Assembly (NCBI GenBank): GCA_942491525.1
Contig: CALOBW010000055.1
Span: 136,106 to 200,105 of the forward strand
Reading direction: 5' to 3'
Origin: an uncultured Thermodesulfobacteriota bacterium
GTDB taxonomy: Bacteria > Desulfobacterota > Desulfomonilia > UBA1062
DNA length: 64,000 nt
Part shown: positions 9,993-19,376 of the stretch, piece by piece
Position numbering within the stretch: position 1 is the first letter of the stretch
How the letters are laid out: each line of letters begins with the position of its first letter
The notes under the pieces: model-generated
What the model was told of the DNA's origin: nothing
The model's input: only the letters and a program-made list of their open reading frames with translations
Databases searched by the model: none
Program-made: the position numbers and the translations under genes

Positions 9993-11047
9993 AGGTTAAT
10001 TTGACCGCAAATAAATATGTATATAATTTTGGTAAACCATATATTATTGCCGAGCTAGCTTCAAATCATAATGGTGATATGGAAATCGCTAAGCAGTTGA
10101 TATTGGCTGCAAAAGAAGCTGGGGCTGATTGTGTTAAGTTTCAGAGTTGGAGTAAGAATACCATTTTTTCTAAGCAGAAATATCTAGATAATTGTTTTAT
10201 AGGCGATGATTATAGAGGGCGTGATGATTATACTCTTGAAGAAATTGTAGAGGAGTTCTCCGTTTCTGAAGAGCAGCTTCTTATAATGAAAAAGTATGCA
10301 GACTCGTTAGAAATAGACTTCACATCTACTCCCTTCTCAAACCGTGAAGCAGATTTTTTAGTAGATGACCTTGATGCCCCCTTTATCAAAGTAGCGTCAA
10401 TGGATCTGAATAATTACCCTTTTCTGGATTATGTTGCTCGTAAAGGTCGGCCTGTGATGATTTCTACAGGATTGAGTCAACTTTACGAAATTGATAAGGC
10501 CATTCGTACCATTGAAAATGCTGGTAATAATGAGATTGTTATTTTGCATTGTGTAGCGTTGTATCCGCCTCAGGATGAAGATATTAATTTGAATAATATT
10601 GTTTCATTACGCAATTTGTATCCATATCCTATTGGTTTTTCTGATCATACATTAGGATATTCTGTGCCATTAGCAGCTACTGCTTTAGGCGCAAGTGTAA
10701 TTGAGAAGCATATTACTTTGGATAAAGAGATGTTTGGCTGGGATCATAAAGTTTCGGCAATGCCAGATGAGATGAAGATTATTGTCAATGAATCATTGCG
10801 GATATCTAAAGCCTTGGGTAGTCATCGTATTAGTTGTGTAGAAGATGCCTCCAGAAGGAATGAGTTTCGGAGAAGTATTGTAGTCACTCGCGATTTAAAG
10901 GTTGGAGATGTGATCAGTCGTGAAGATTGTGACTTTAAAAGACCTGGAACAGGTATTCAGCCAGGGGAAATTGGTTATGTTGTTGGTCGAAAATTGAAGC
11001 GGGATATAGAAAGTGATCAGATTCTAAGTTGGAATGATTTCATATAG
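9989..11047 (+). CDS. neuB: N-acylneuraminate/nonulosonate synthase (NeuB/LegI/PseI family)
   Basis: KPYIIAELASNHNGDMEIAKQLILAAKEAGADCVKFQ is a classical NeuB motif. C-terminal SAF/antifreeze-like domain. Start set to ATG 9989 with GGAGGA SD (ATGA overlap with upstream gene). Confidence 0.9.
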   Translation: MKVNLTANKYVYNFGKPYIIAELASNHNGDMEIAKQLILAAKEAGADCVKFQSWSKNTIFSKQKYLDNCFIGDDYRGRDDYTLEEIVEEFSVSEEQLLIMKKYADSLEIDFTSTPFSNREADFLVDDLDAPFIKVASMDLNNYPFLDYVARKGRPVMISTGLSQLYEIDKAIRTIENAGNNEIVILHCVALYPPQDEDINLNNIVSLRNLYPYPIGFSDHTLGYSVPLAATALGASVIEKHITLDKEMFGWDHKVSAMPDEMKIIVNESLRISKALGSHRISCVEDASRRNEFRRSIVVTRDLKVGDVISREDCDFKRPGTGIQPGEIGYVVGRKLKRDIESDQILSWNDFI

Positions 11048-12102
11048 TGGGGGACGCCTTGGATAATTTAATTGTTAATCCTGATCTGAAAGTGGTGGAT
11101 GCATTGAGGGTTCTTGATCAGGGTGGACAGCGGATTCTGCTGGTATGTGATTCAAATCGTCGATTGGAAGGTGTTCTTACTGATGGTGATTTCCGTAGAC
11201 ACTTATTATCAAACAAATCATTAGAGATCTCAATATTTGATATAATGAATCGTGATTTTATTTCTCTTGGGATTAATGAAAGATCTAAGGCCCACGATAT
11301 TCTGGAGACGAGCTGTTTGGATCATATACCGATTCTTGATGAATCAGGTTGTGTTGTCGAACTTGTAACAGTTGCTGGTTTCTTTAAAAAAAATAAGAAT
11401 GAATTCAAAAATTCTGTTGTTATTATGGCTGGGGGTAAAGGGACACGGCTCTCACCGTTAACAAAAATTATTCCTAAACCATTGGTTCCTGTTGGCGATA
11501 AAACCATGATTGAGATGATCATGGATGAATTTAAAAGAAGTGGATTTAAAGATTTTAAGGTAATAGTTAATTATAAAAAAGAGCTTATTAAATCTTATTT
11601 CCAAGAGAATGGGCTTGTAGAGGAAGTGGATTTCATTGATGAAGAGAAGTTTTTAGGAACAGCCGGTGGTTTACGTCTTTTATCTGGTGTGATTGAGGAT
11701 ACATTTATTCTATCTAATTGTGATGTGGCAGCGCAGATAAACTATCTGAATTTGATGGATTGGCACAAGGAGCATGCTGCAGACTTGACCATTTTAGGTG
11801 TTAGAAAGAGTTTTGATGTTCCCTATGGGGTAGTCAATATTGATAGTGATCATTATGTGACCCATGTAACTGAGAAGCCCAATTATGATTTTACCATTAT
11901 GAGCGGGATATATGTCTTGGAACCATCGATTTTTGAGTATATTCCAGATAATGAATTCTTTGGCATGGATGATCTGATAAGTTCGATGATTTCTGGAGGT
12001 AAGCGGGTTTCGTGTTATCCTATCGAAGACGGTTGGTTTGATGTTGGTGAATTTGATGAGTATAAAAAACTTTTGAAGCATTTCGGGGTATTGAGTGCAT
12101 AA
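11047..12102 (+). CDS. CBS-domain nucleotidyltransferase (PtmE-like sugar-1-phosphate nucleotidyltransferase)
   Basis: Two N-terminal CBS repeats followed by MAGGKGTRLSPLTKIIPKPL nucleotidyltransferase motif. Same architecture as Campylobacter PtmE. Confidence 0.8.
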   Translation: MGDALDNLIVNPDLKVVDALRVLDQGGQRILLVCDSNRRLEGVLTDGDFRRHLLSNKSLEISIFDIMNRDFISLGINERSKAHDILETSCLDHIPILDESGCVVELVTVAGFFKKNKNEFKNSVVIMAGGKGTRLSPLTKIIPKPLVPVGDKTMIEMIMDEFKRSGFKDFKVIVNYKKELIKSYFQENGLVEEVDFIDEEKFLGTAGGLRLLSGVIEDTFILSNCDVAAQINYLNLMDWHKEHAADLTILGVRKSFDVPYGVVNIDSDHYVTHVTEKPNYDFTIMSGIYVLEPSIFEYIPDNEFFGMDDLISSMISGGKRVSCYPIEDGWFDVGEFDEYKKLLKHFGVLSA

Positions 12103-12889
12103 ACGCTATCGTGATTTGTTCTATTTGGGTGGCAGAAAAGTTGTCGTTACAGGTGGTTGTGGTAGGTTGGGTTCTGAAATTGCAAAATGTTTTGGAGAGT
12201 TTGGTGCCCATGTTGTAGTTGCGGATATTGATGAAAAGAGTGCCAATTGTCTTGTGGATGAGATGGTAATGGCTAATCAATGTGCCGATGTGTTTTTGTT
12301 TGATCAATCAGATGTGGATTCGATTCCTGCACAAATTTCACGCTTAATAGATACGTTTGGACCAATTGATGTATGGGTCAATAATGCTTACCCGAGAACA
12401 GAAGATTGGGGAAATAAACTTGAAGCTGTTTCTGTAGAAAGTTGGCAGCAAAATGTTGATATGCATTTAAATGGATATTGTATTGCTTCAAATGAGATTG
12501 CAAAGAATATGGCAACTAGAGGCGGAGGATCGATTATCAATATTGCATCAATACAGGCCTTAGTTGCACCCGATTTTGCCGTCTATGAGGGTACTGAGAT
12601 GACGTCTCCACCCGCATACATGGCGATTAAAGGGGGTATAATGGCGTATTCAAAATATTTAGCCAGCTATTTTGGTAAAGATGGTGTTCGGGTTAACGTC
12701 GTGTGTCCAGGAGGAATTGCCAATAATCAGCCTGATTTTTTTGTAGAACGCTATAGCAGTAGAACGATGCTGGGACGTATGGCCGAAGCTCAGGACATTG
12801 CGCCGGCAGTTATGTTTCTTGCGTCAGAAGCTGCTTCATATATTACAGGAGCCGTGTTTGCCGTAGATGGTGGGCTCACCGCTTTATAA
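12095..12889 (+). CDS. short-chain dehydrogenase/reductase (SDR), PtmA-like
   Basis: VVVTGGCGRLGSEIA Rossmann motif, NNAY, YMAIKGG (YxxxK). 264 aa. Confidence 0.8.
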   Translation: MHKRYRDLFYLGGRKVVVTGGCGRLGSEIAKCFGEFGAHVVVADIDEKSANCLVDEMVMANQCADVFLFDQSDVDSIPAQISRLIDTFGPIDVWVNNAYPRTEDWGNKLEAVSVESWQQNVDMHLNGYCIASNEIAKNMATRGGGSIINIASIQALVAPDFAVYEGTEMTSPPAYMAIKGGIMAYSKYLASYFGKDGVRVNVVCPGGIANNQPDFFVERYSSRTMLGRMAEAQDIAPAVMFLASEAASYITGAVFAVDGGLTAL

Positions 12890-12903
12890 TAGGGAGATTT
12901 TAA

Positions 12904-14100
12904 ATGAATAATACTTGGCGGTTTAGTGGAAATGAATTGAATTATGTTAGAGAAGTGATTGATTCAGGTTTTGGATCAGGTACTTCAGGTGGCATGAATA
13001 ATAGGTTTGAAAATGCATTTGCTGAAAAAGTGGGAGCAAAATATGCGGTCACTTTTAATTCCGGGACATCGACTTTGCATGCTGCATTGCACGCGTTGGA
13101 TGTAAATGCAGGGGATGAAGTAATAATTCCACCACTGACAGTTATTAGCAATGTTGCAGTTATTCTTGCGCAAAATGCCATTCCAGTATTTGCTGATATA
13201 GATCCGAATACATTTAATATAGATCCGGACGATATTAAGAGAAAGATTACAGACAAGACTAAAGCAATCATGCCTGTATCTCTTTATGGGCTTAGCTGTG
13301 ATTTGGATCCCATCATGGAGATTGCTCGTGAGCGTAATATTGGTGTGATTAATGATGCTGCCGAGGCTCATGGTGCAACCTATAAAGGTGTACCTATCGC
13401 TAAGCTTGCTGATATTACCAGTTACAGCACTGAAAATTCAAAGCATTTGGCTACTGGTGATGGTGGAATTGTTGTTACTGACAATGAAGAGTATGCCATT
13501 GCGATGAGAAAATTTAATAGCCTTGGGTATGCTGCAATGACTTCGGGTGATGGTCGAATCAGGGTAAATAAAAAAATCTTTCAAGATCCTCAATATAAGA
13601 GGCATGATTCCCTTGCGCTTAATTATCGGATGCCAGAAGTGGCCGCAGCGTTGGGGCTAGCGCAGACGGAACGGTTGGATCATTTTGTTGATCTGCGGGT
13701 TAAGATTGCTGCGATGTACAGTGATGTAATAAAAGATTGTGATTTCTTAGTGCCTCAGTATACACCGGCAAATTGTAGAAACACGTATTGGACATTTGTA
13801 GTTAAGTTTGAACATAAAGATGTGTCCTGGTACGAATTCCGCGATAAATGCATTGAATTTGGTGGAGATGGCATTTATGCAGCCTGGGCACTTAGTTATG
13901 AGGAAACCCTCATATCATCAGGCGTCTATAAAAAGAGGGCTCCCTATTACTTTGATGAGCTGGAGTATCCTAAAGGGATTTGTCCTGTGGCTGAGGAAAT
14001 ACAGCCGAAGCTAATGCAGTTTGTTACTAATTATGGCAGTACTGAAGAGGCTCAGCCGATGGCGGATGCACTTAGGAAGACTATAGAGTATTACAGCTAG
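12904..14100 (+). CDS. DegT/DnrJ-family PLP-dependent enzyme (additional aminotransferase-like protein)
   Basis: DegT-like N-terminus (FENAFAEKVGAKYAVTFNSGTSTLHAALHAL), DIDPNTFNIDP, and Lys motif TSYSTENSKHLATGDGG. Confidence 0.7.
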   Translation: MNNTWRFSGNELNYVREVIDSGFGSGTSGGMNNRFENAFAEKVGAKYAVTFNSGTSTLHAALHALDVNAGDEVIIPPLTVISNVAVILAQNAIPVFADIDPNTFNIDPDDIKRKITDKTKAIMPVSLYGLSCDLDPIMEIARERNIGVINDAAEAHGATYKGVPIAKLADITSYSTENSKHLATGDGGIVVTDNEEYAIAMRKFNSLGYAAMTSGDGRIRVNKKIFQDPQYKRHDSLALNYRMPEVAAALGLAQTERLDHFVDLRVKIAAMYSDVIKDCDFLVPQYTPANCRNTYWTFVVKFEHKDVSWYEFRDKCIEFGGDGIYAAWALSYEETLISSGVYKKRAPYYFDELEYPKGICPVAEEIQPKLMQFVTNYGSTEEAQPMADALRKTIEYYS

Positions 14101-14108
14101 AGGACGAA

Positions 14109-14858
14109 GTGGAACGTAATATGAATCAATATGGTGTGATTGTGCAAGCTAGGATGAGTTCATCCAGGCTTCCTGGTAAAGTGTTAATGGATGTAGATGG
14201 GAAACCAATGCTTAGGCGTCAGCTGGAGCGTTTGCGTAACGGTTTGAAATGTGAAACGCTTGTGGTCGCAACTTCCGATGATTCATCAGACGATCCCATT
14301 CAAGATCTTTGTGATGAAATTGGTATAGGATGTTTTCGCGGTCCGTTAAATGATGTGATGAGTAGATTTATACTGTGTGCGAAGCATTACGGCATAGACT
14401 ATCTTATAAGAGTCGGTGGCGATGATCCTCTGGTTGATTGGGATTGTTGCAATACGTTAATTGAAACTCATCAGGAGCATCAGTATGATTTTATGTATGC
14501 AAGTAATCGTGATGGGTGGCCATATGGATGTGCCGCTGAGCTGATTTCTAGAAGGTCTTTGGAGGAGATTAGATCAAAGACCGAAGAATCGATTTATTTG
14601 GAACACACTATTCCATATTTTTTTGATCATGGAAATGATTTTGATATGCTCAGGGTTGAGGCTCCTAATGAGCTGCACCGTCCAAATTATTATTTTACCG
14701 TAGATTTTCCTGAAGATTTTGAGTTGGTTAAGCTGCTTTTTAAAGAACTCAATGTGAAGGGAGAGTGTTTTTCCTTAAAGGAGATGATATCTTATATTGA
14801 TCAACATCCTGAAGTGTTAAAGCTTAATTCTGAGTTGCATGTTGGCTTTGAACGATAA
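14109..14858 (+). CDS. cytidylyltransferase of the SpsF/PseF/NeuA (CMP-nonulosonate synthetase) family
   Basis: GVIVQARMSSSRLPGKVLMDVDGKPM N-terminal motif typical of SpsF-like CMP-sugar synthetases. Confidence 0.75.
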   Translation: MERNMNQYGVIVQARMSSSRLPGKVLMDVDGKPMLRRQLERLRNGLKCETLVVATSDDSSDDPIQDLCDEIGIGCFRGPLNDVMSRFILCAKHYGIDYLIRVGGDDPLVDWDCCNTLIETHQEHQYDFMYASNRDGWPYGCAAELISRRSLEEIRSKTEESIYLEHTIPYFFDHGNDFDMLRVEAPNELHRPNYYFTVDFPEDFELVKLLFKELNVKGECFSLKEMISYIDQHPEVLKLNSELHVGFER

Positions 14859-14883
14859 CATGTGCTCGATTGGTAAGTAATTT

Positions 14884-15573
14884 ATGAAAAAAGTCGCTAT
14901 TCTGCAGTCAAATTATATTCCTTGGAAGGGATATTTGGATTTAATTAATATGGTGGATGAGTTCATCCTTTATGATGATTGTCAGTATACGAAGAATGAT
15001 TGGCGTAATAGAAATAAAATATTTACGAGAGATGGACTTCAATGGCTAACGATACCTGTGAGGTATTCATTCCCTCAATTAATAAAAGATACGGTGGTTA
15101 GTTATGATGGTTGGAATAAAAAACACTGGAAAACGATAGAGCAAAATTATTCTAAGGCTCGATTCTTTCATGACTATAAGACCATCTTTGAGGAGTTATA
15201 CTTAGGAAGTGAAGATAATTATTTAAGTCAGATTAATTATAAATTTTTGAGTCAGATTTGTGATATTTTGGGGATTAATACTAAGATTACATGGTCAATG
15301 GATTATAACTTAATTGAGGGTAAAACTGAAAGGTTAGTGGATTTGTGTCGTCAATCATGTGCAGCTGAATATATATCAGGACCTGCAGCTAGAAATTATA
15401 TAGATGATGAGTTGTTCTGTCAGGAAGGAATTAAACTTACATACATAGACTATACTGGTTATAGAGAATATACCCAAATGCATCTGCCTTTTGAGCATGG
15501 AGTATCTATACTGGATTTAATATTTAACGAAGGGGCAGATGCTCCAAAATTTATGAAGAGTTTTGTTGAATGA
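14884..15573 (+). CDS. wbqC: WbqC-family protein (function unknown, polysaccharide-cluster associated)
   Basis: MKKVAILQSNYIPWKGYLDLINMVDEFILYDDCQYTKNDWRNRNKI matches the WbqC-like family signature. Confidence 0.7.
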   Translation: MKKVAILQSNYIPWKGYLDLINMVDEFILYDDCQYTKNDWRNRNKIFTRDGLQWLTIPVRYSFPQLIKDTVVSYDGWNKKHWKTIEQNYSKARFFHDYKTIFEELYLGSEDNYLSQINYKFLSQICDILGINTKITWSMDYNLIEGKTERLVDLCRQSCAAEYISGPAARNYIDDELFCQEGIKLTYIDYTGYREYTQMHLPFEHGVSILDLIFNEGADAPKFMKSFVE

Positions 15574-16511
15574 AACTGTCAATAGTCACAACAATGTATT
15601 GTTCTGAAGCTTATATAGTTGAGTTTTATGAACGAATTTCGTCTGCTGCGGAAATGATTACAGAAGATTATGAGCTTATCTTTGTTAATGATGGATCGCC
15701 GGATAAATCGCTCGAGATTGCAATTTCATTACATAAAAAGGATTTGAAAGTCCGTGTTATTGATCTTTCACGGAATTTTGGACACCATAAAGCGATCATG
15801 ACTGGTTTGGCGCATGCGTCTGGTGATCAAATTTTTTTAATAGATTGTGATTTGGAAGAGGATCCAAGCTGGCTTAATTTGTTCATGCAGGAATTGAACG
15901 ATTCACCGGGAGTTGATGTTGTATATGGAGTACAGCGACAAAGGAAAGGTGAGTATTTTGAGAAGATCAGCGGGGCTTTATTTTTTGATTTTTTCAATCT
16001 GTTATCAGATGTAAAGGTACCGAAAAATCAGACAGTCGCGCGCTTAATGACTAAAAGATATGTGAATAGTTTACTGCAATTCTCTGAAAGGGAACTTGTC
16101 TTTGTTGGATTGTGTGAGCTGGCAGGATATTCTCAAAAGCGAGTTTATGTAAACAAAGGTCATAAGAATTGTTCCACTTATAACCTTTCACGTAAAATTG
16201 ATATGGCTATTAATTTTGTTGTCTCATTTAGTAGCAGGCCTCTGGTGTTAATTTTTTATTTGGGGCTTTTCGTTACAATGATATCAGCTGTTTGCGCCGT
16301 ATATATTGTTTGTTCAAAAGTATTATTTGGTATACCCGTTGATGGATGGGCATCTATTGTTACATCAATTTGGTTTATTGGTGGACTGCTAATGTTTAGT
16401 GTGGGGATAGTTGGAATATATTTATCTAAGATTTTTATTGAGGTTAAAAATCGACCATTTACAGTCATTCGTAATATCTACAGCTCTAGTAATGATGAGG
16501 AACTGTTATGA
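15570..16511 (+). CDS. polyprenyl-phosphate glycosyltransferase, GT2 (ArnC/GtrB-like) with C-terminal TM helices
   Basis: LSIVTTMYCSEAYI...IFVNDGSPD...DCDLEED GT2 catalytic domain plus two C-terminal TM helices, as in ArnC/GtrB/DPM synthases. Confidence 0.8.
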   Translation: MKLSIVTTMYCSEAYIVEFYERISSAAEMITEDYELIFVNDGSPDKSLEIAISLHKKDLKVRVIDLSRNFGHHKAIMTGLAHASGDQIFLIDCDLEEDPSWLNLFMQELNDSPGVDVVYGVQRQRKGEYFEKISGALFFDFFNLLSDVKVPKNQTVARLMTKRYVNSLLQFSERELVFVGLCELAGYSQKRVYVNKGHKNCSTYNLSRKIDMAINFVVSFSSRPLVLIFYLGLFVTMISAVCAVYIVCSKVLFGIPVDGWASIVTSIWFIGGLLMFSVGIVGIYLSKIFIEVKNRPFTVIRNIYSSSNDEELL

Positions 16512-17167
16512 AGAAGCTTGTTATATTTGGGGCTGCGGACCAAGCAGAAGTTGCGAGTTTTCTTTTTAAGCATGACTCTGAGTATGAACCGGTAGCGTTT
16601 ACAGTGAATGCTGATTATATTCAATCTAATACATTCAATGGGCTGCCAGTTGTTCCTTTTGAGAATGTTGAGCAGAATTATCCTCCATCAGAGTATGCAA
16701 TGTTTGTTGCATTGGGATATACTCAAATGAATAAAATTAGAGCTGACAAATGTAGTGAGGCAAAGGGAAAAGGCTATATTTTGGCTAGCTACATAAGTAG
16801 CAGAGCTGTAATATGGCCTGATTTCTCCTGTGGTGAAAATTGCTTGATTTTAGAGCACAACAACATTCAACCATATGTTTCTATTGGCAATAATGTGACT
16901 TTGTGGAGTGGAAACCATCTTGGACATCATTCTTCTATAGGTGATAATACGTTTTTAACATCTCATGTAGTTGTGTCGGGGCGTGTAACTGTCGGTAAAA
17001 ATTGTTTCTTGGGAGTCAATTCGACGGTGCGTGATAAGTTAGTTGTTGCAGACAATACTTTAGTTGCTGCAGGTAGTTTGCTTGTTAAAGATACACAATC
17101 ATATGGTGTATACATGGGGAGCCCTGCTAAGATGCTAGAAAAAAGTAGTAAAGATATAATTATATAG
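16508..17167 (+). CDS. NeuD/PglD-family hexapeptide-repeat sugar N-acyltransferase
   Basis: MKKLVIFGAADQAEVASFLF N-terminal domain plus hexapeptide repeats (IGNNVTLWSGNHLGHHSSIGDNTFL). Confidence 0.75.
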   Translation: MKKLVIFGAADQAEVASFLFKHDSEYEPVAFTVNADYIQSNTFNGLPVVPFENVEQNYPPSEYAMFVALGYTQMNKIRADKCSEAKGKGYILASYISSRAVIWPDFSCGENCLILEHNNIQPYVSIGNNVTLWSGNHLGHHSSIGDNTFLTSHVVVSGRVTVGKNCFLGVNSTVRDKLVVADNTLVAAGSLLVKDTQSYGVYMGSPAKMLEKSSKDIII

Positions 17168-17175
17168 GAATTGAA

Positions 17176-18102
17176 ATGAAGTGGGAAAAGATCGGTCATA
17201 TTTTTTGTGCTACTAATCAAAATGATTGGATGTATTCACATGCAATGATTCCTATTGCAGAGAATATTGAAGGTGATCTATTTCGAATATATTTTTCGCC
17301 GCGTGATAAATATAATAGAGGACATGGAGCATTTATAGAAATTGACATCAATGAACCTGAGAAAATTTTAAGAGTATCTGAGACTCCCATACTATCTCCA
17401 GGAGCGTTGGGGTGTTTTGATGATAGTGGTGCCTTGCCTAATTCAATTATCTGGGTTGGTGGTGAAAAATATCTTTACTATACGGGGATAAATTTAGGTG
17501 TAACTGTAAAAATTAGGAATTCAATTGGAATTGCGAAATGGGATGAGGAATTAGAGGTTTTTGAGAAATTATTTGAAGGCCCCATAATTGATAGAACCAG
17601 AAATCAACCCCATTTTGTGGCTACACCGGAAGTTCATTATCATAAAGGAATATACAAAGCCTGGTTTACTTCATGTGTTAGATGGAAGCAGGAGGGAGAT
17701 GATGTACGCCATTATTATAACCTTGAGTATGCTGAATCTAATAACGGAATTGATTGGGAACGAAATGGGACTATTGCTATAGATTTTGCGGATGATTATG
17801 AATATGCCCTCGGCGTTCCTCGTGTAATTGAAGATTCCGATTGCTATCGGATGTGGTTTTGTTCTAGGGCAACGAAATTTGTGGACACGTATAGAATACG
17901 ATATGCTGAATCTTTTGATGGTTATAATTGGCTTAGAAAAGATAATGAGGTAGGCATCGATGTGTCTGAATCTGGATGGGATAGTGAGATGATTTGTTAT
18001 CCTTTTGTTTTTGATCACAATGGGAAGCGATATATGCTTTATAATGGCAATGGCTATGGTAGCACAGGGTTTGGTTTAGCTATATTGGTTGATGATGAGT
18101 AA
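17176..18102 (+). CDS. predicted beta-propeller glycoside-hydrolase-like protein (GH43/GH130-like fold), function uncertain
   Basis: 308 aa soluble protein. Repeated hydrophobic/aromatic blade-like segments. Domain call is by pattern only. Confidence 0.35.
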   Translation: MKWEKIGHIFCATNQNDWMYSHAMIPIAENIEGDLFRIYFSPRDKYNRGHGAFIEIDINEPEKILRVSETPILSPGALGCFDDSGALPNSIIWVGGEKYLYYTGINLGVTVKIRNSIGIAKWDEELEVFEKLFEGPIIDRTRNQPHFVATPEVHYHKGIYKAWFTSCVRWKQEGDDVRHYYNLEYAESNNGIDWERNGTIAIDFADDYEYALGVPRVIEDSDCYRMWFCSRATKFVDTYRIRYAESFDGYNWLRKDNEVGIDVSESGWDSEMICYPFVFDHNGKRYMLYNGNGYGSTGFGLAILVDDE

Positions 18103-18108
18103 TAGCTA

Positions 18109-18501
18109 GTGAGTATGACTGCTGAATTTATAAATAAATTAGTTGCACATATATATATAGCAGGAACAATAGTTTTTACTCTTTATGGTCAGCTGATTAT
18201 TAAATGGAAAATGTCACAAGTTGGGAATTTGCCAGATCACTTTATCGAGAAAACAACCTTTTTGTTTATGCAATTTTTAAATCCCTGGATAATCTCTGGC
18301 TTTATATCGGCTTTTATTGCATCTCTTTGCTGGATGGCAGCAATGACAAAGTTTGAGCTTAGTTATGCCTATCCATATATGGGATTGTCATTTATTCTAA
18401 TTATGATTTCTAGTGCATTACTATTTCATGAACCAATTTCAGTATATAAGCTTGCCGGGCTTATATTAGTTGTGAGTGGAATTGTAGTTGGGGCGCAATG
18501 A
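18109..18501 (+). CDS. small 4-TM membrane protein, ArnE/ArnF- or GtrA-like flippase subunit candidate
   Basis: 130 aa, four predicted TM helices, SMR/DMT-like size. Sits next to the GT2 polyprenyl-P glycosyltransferase. Confidence 0.5.
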   Translation: MSMTAEFINKLVAHIYIAGTIVFTLYGQLIIKWKMSQVGNLPDHFIEKTTFLFMQFLNPWIISGFISAFIASLCWMAAMTKFELSYAYPYMGLSFILIMISSALLFHEPISVYKLAGLILVVSGIVVGAQ

Positions 18502-19376
18502 ACTATTGCTGTAACTGTCAGAGTTACTTGGTCAATGATGTTGCAATGTGTTCAGTATGTGGATATCAGCCAAAAGTTGTGAATGATATTCCTGTTTATG
18601 CCTCAGAACTTGCTGACGATAATGATGGATTCAGTTCAGATGACCATGTTTTCTTAACAGAAGTTGAAAATGGGCATTTTTGGTTTGAAAATAGAAACCT
18701 TGTCTTAAGGTGGATATTGCAGAAGTTTTTTCCGCAAATGGGATCATTTTGCGAAGTAGGTTGTGGTACCGGTTTTGTCTTAAGGGAGATTGCTAAATCT
18801 TTTCCTGACGTGAAATTGTTTGCAAGTGACATTTATGTGAATGCTCTTTCTTTTGTTCAGAAGAAGGTTCCTAATGCAAAATTGTTTCAGTCTGATCTTA
18901 TGCAATTTCCGTATATTGAGAAATTTGATGTTGTAGGAGCATTTGATGTTATCGAGCATATTGATGATGATGTCGGTGCACTTGAGAGTATCTATCGGTC
19001 GTTAGTAGTTGGCGGTGGTGTCGTTATTACGATTCCGCAACACAAGTGGCTGTGGTCTGTTCAGGATATCAGTAGTTGTCATAAGCGACGGTATTATCGC
19101 AAAGATATCATTGATAAGATGGAGTCGGTAGGGTTTCGTGTTCTTAAGGTAACCTCATTCGTAAGCTTATTGCTACCACTTATGATTGTTTCGCGCCTTT
19201 TATTTCTAAAAAGAGTTGATTCAAATTCTAGAAATGAATTCGAATTGTCTACTATTGTTAATAAATTATTGGGGGCAATCTGTCGGATTGAAAGAGTAAT
19301 CATTAAATTAGGGCTAGATTTTAGCGTGGGGGGATCACTTTTGGTTGTCGCGGTGAAGGATGAAAATACCGTTTAA
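18498..19376 (+). CDS. class I SAM-dependent methyltransferase with N-terminal Cys4 zinc-ribbon (Trm112-like)
   Basis: N-terminus CCNCQSYL...CSVCGYQPKVVNDIPVY, then MTase motif I EVGCGTGFVL and post-I acidic DIYVN. Confidence 0.75.
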   Translation: MNYCCNCQSYLVNDVAMCSVCGYQPKVVNDIPVYASELADDNDGFSSDDHVFLTEVENGHFWFENRNLVLRWILQKFFPQMGSFCEVGCGTGFVLREIAKSFPDVKLFASDIYVNALSFVQKKVPNAKLFQSDLMQFPYIEKFDVVGAFDVIEHIDDDVGALESIYRSLVVGGGVVITIPQHKWLWSVQDISSCHKRRYYRKDIIDKMESVGFRVLKVTSFVSLLLPLMIVSRLLFLKRVDSNSRNEFELSTIVNKLLGAICRIERVIIKLGLDFSVGGSLLVVAVKDENTV

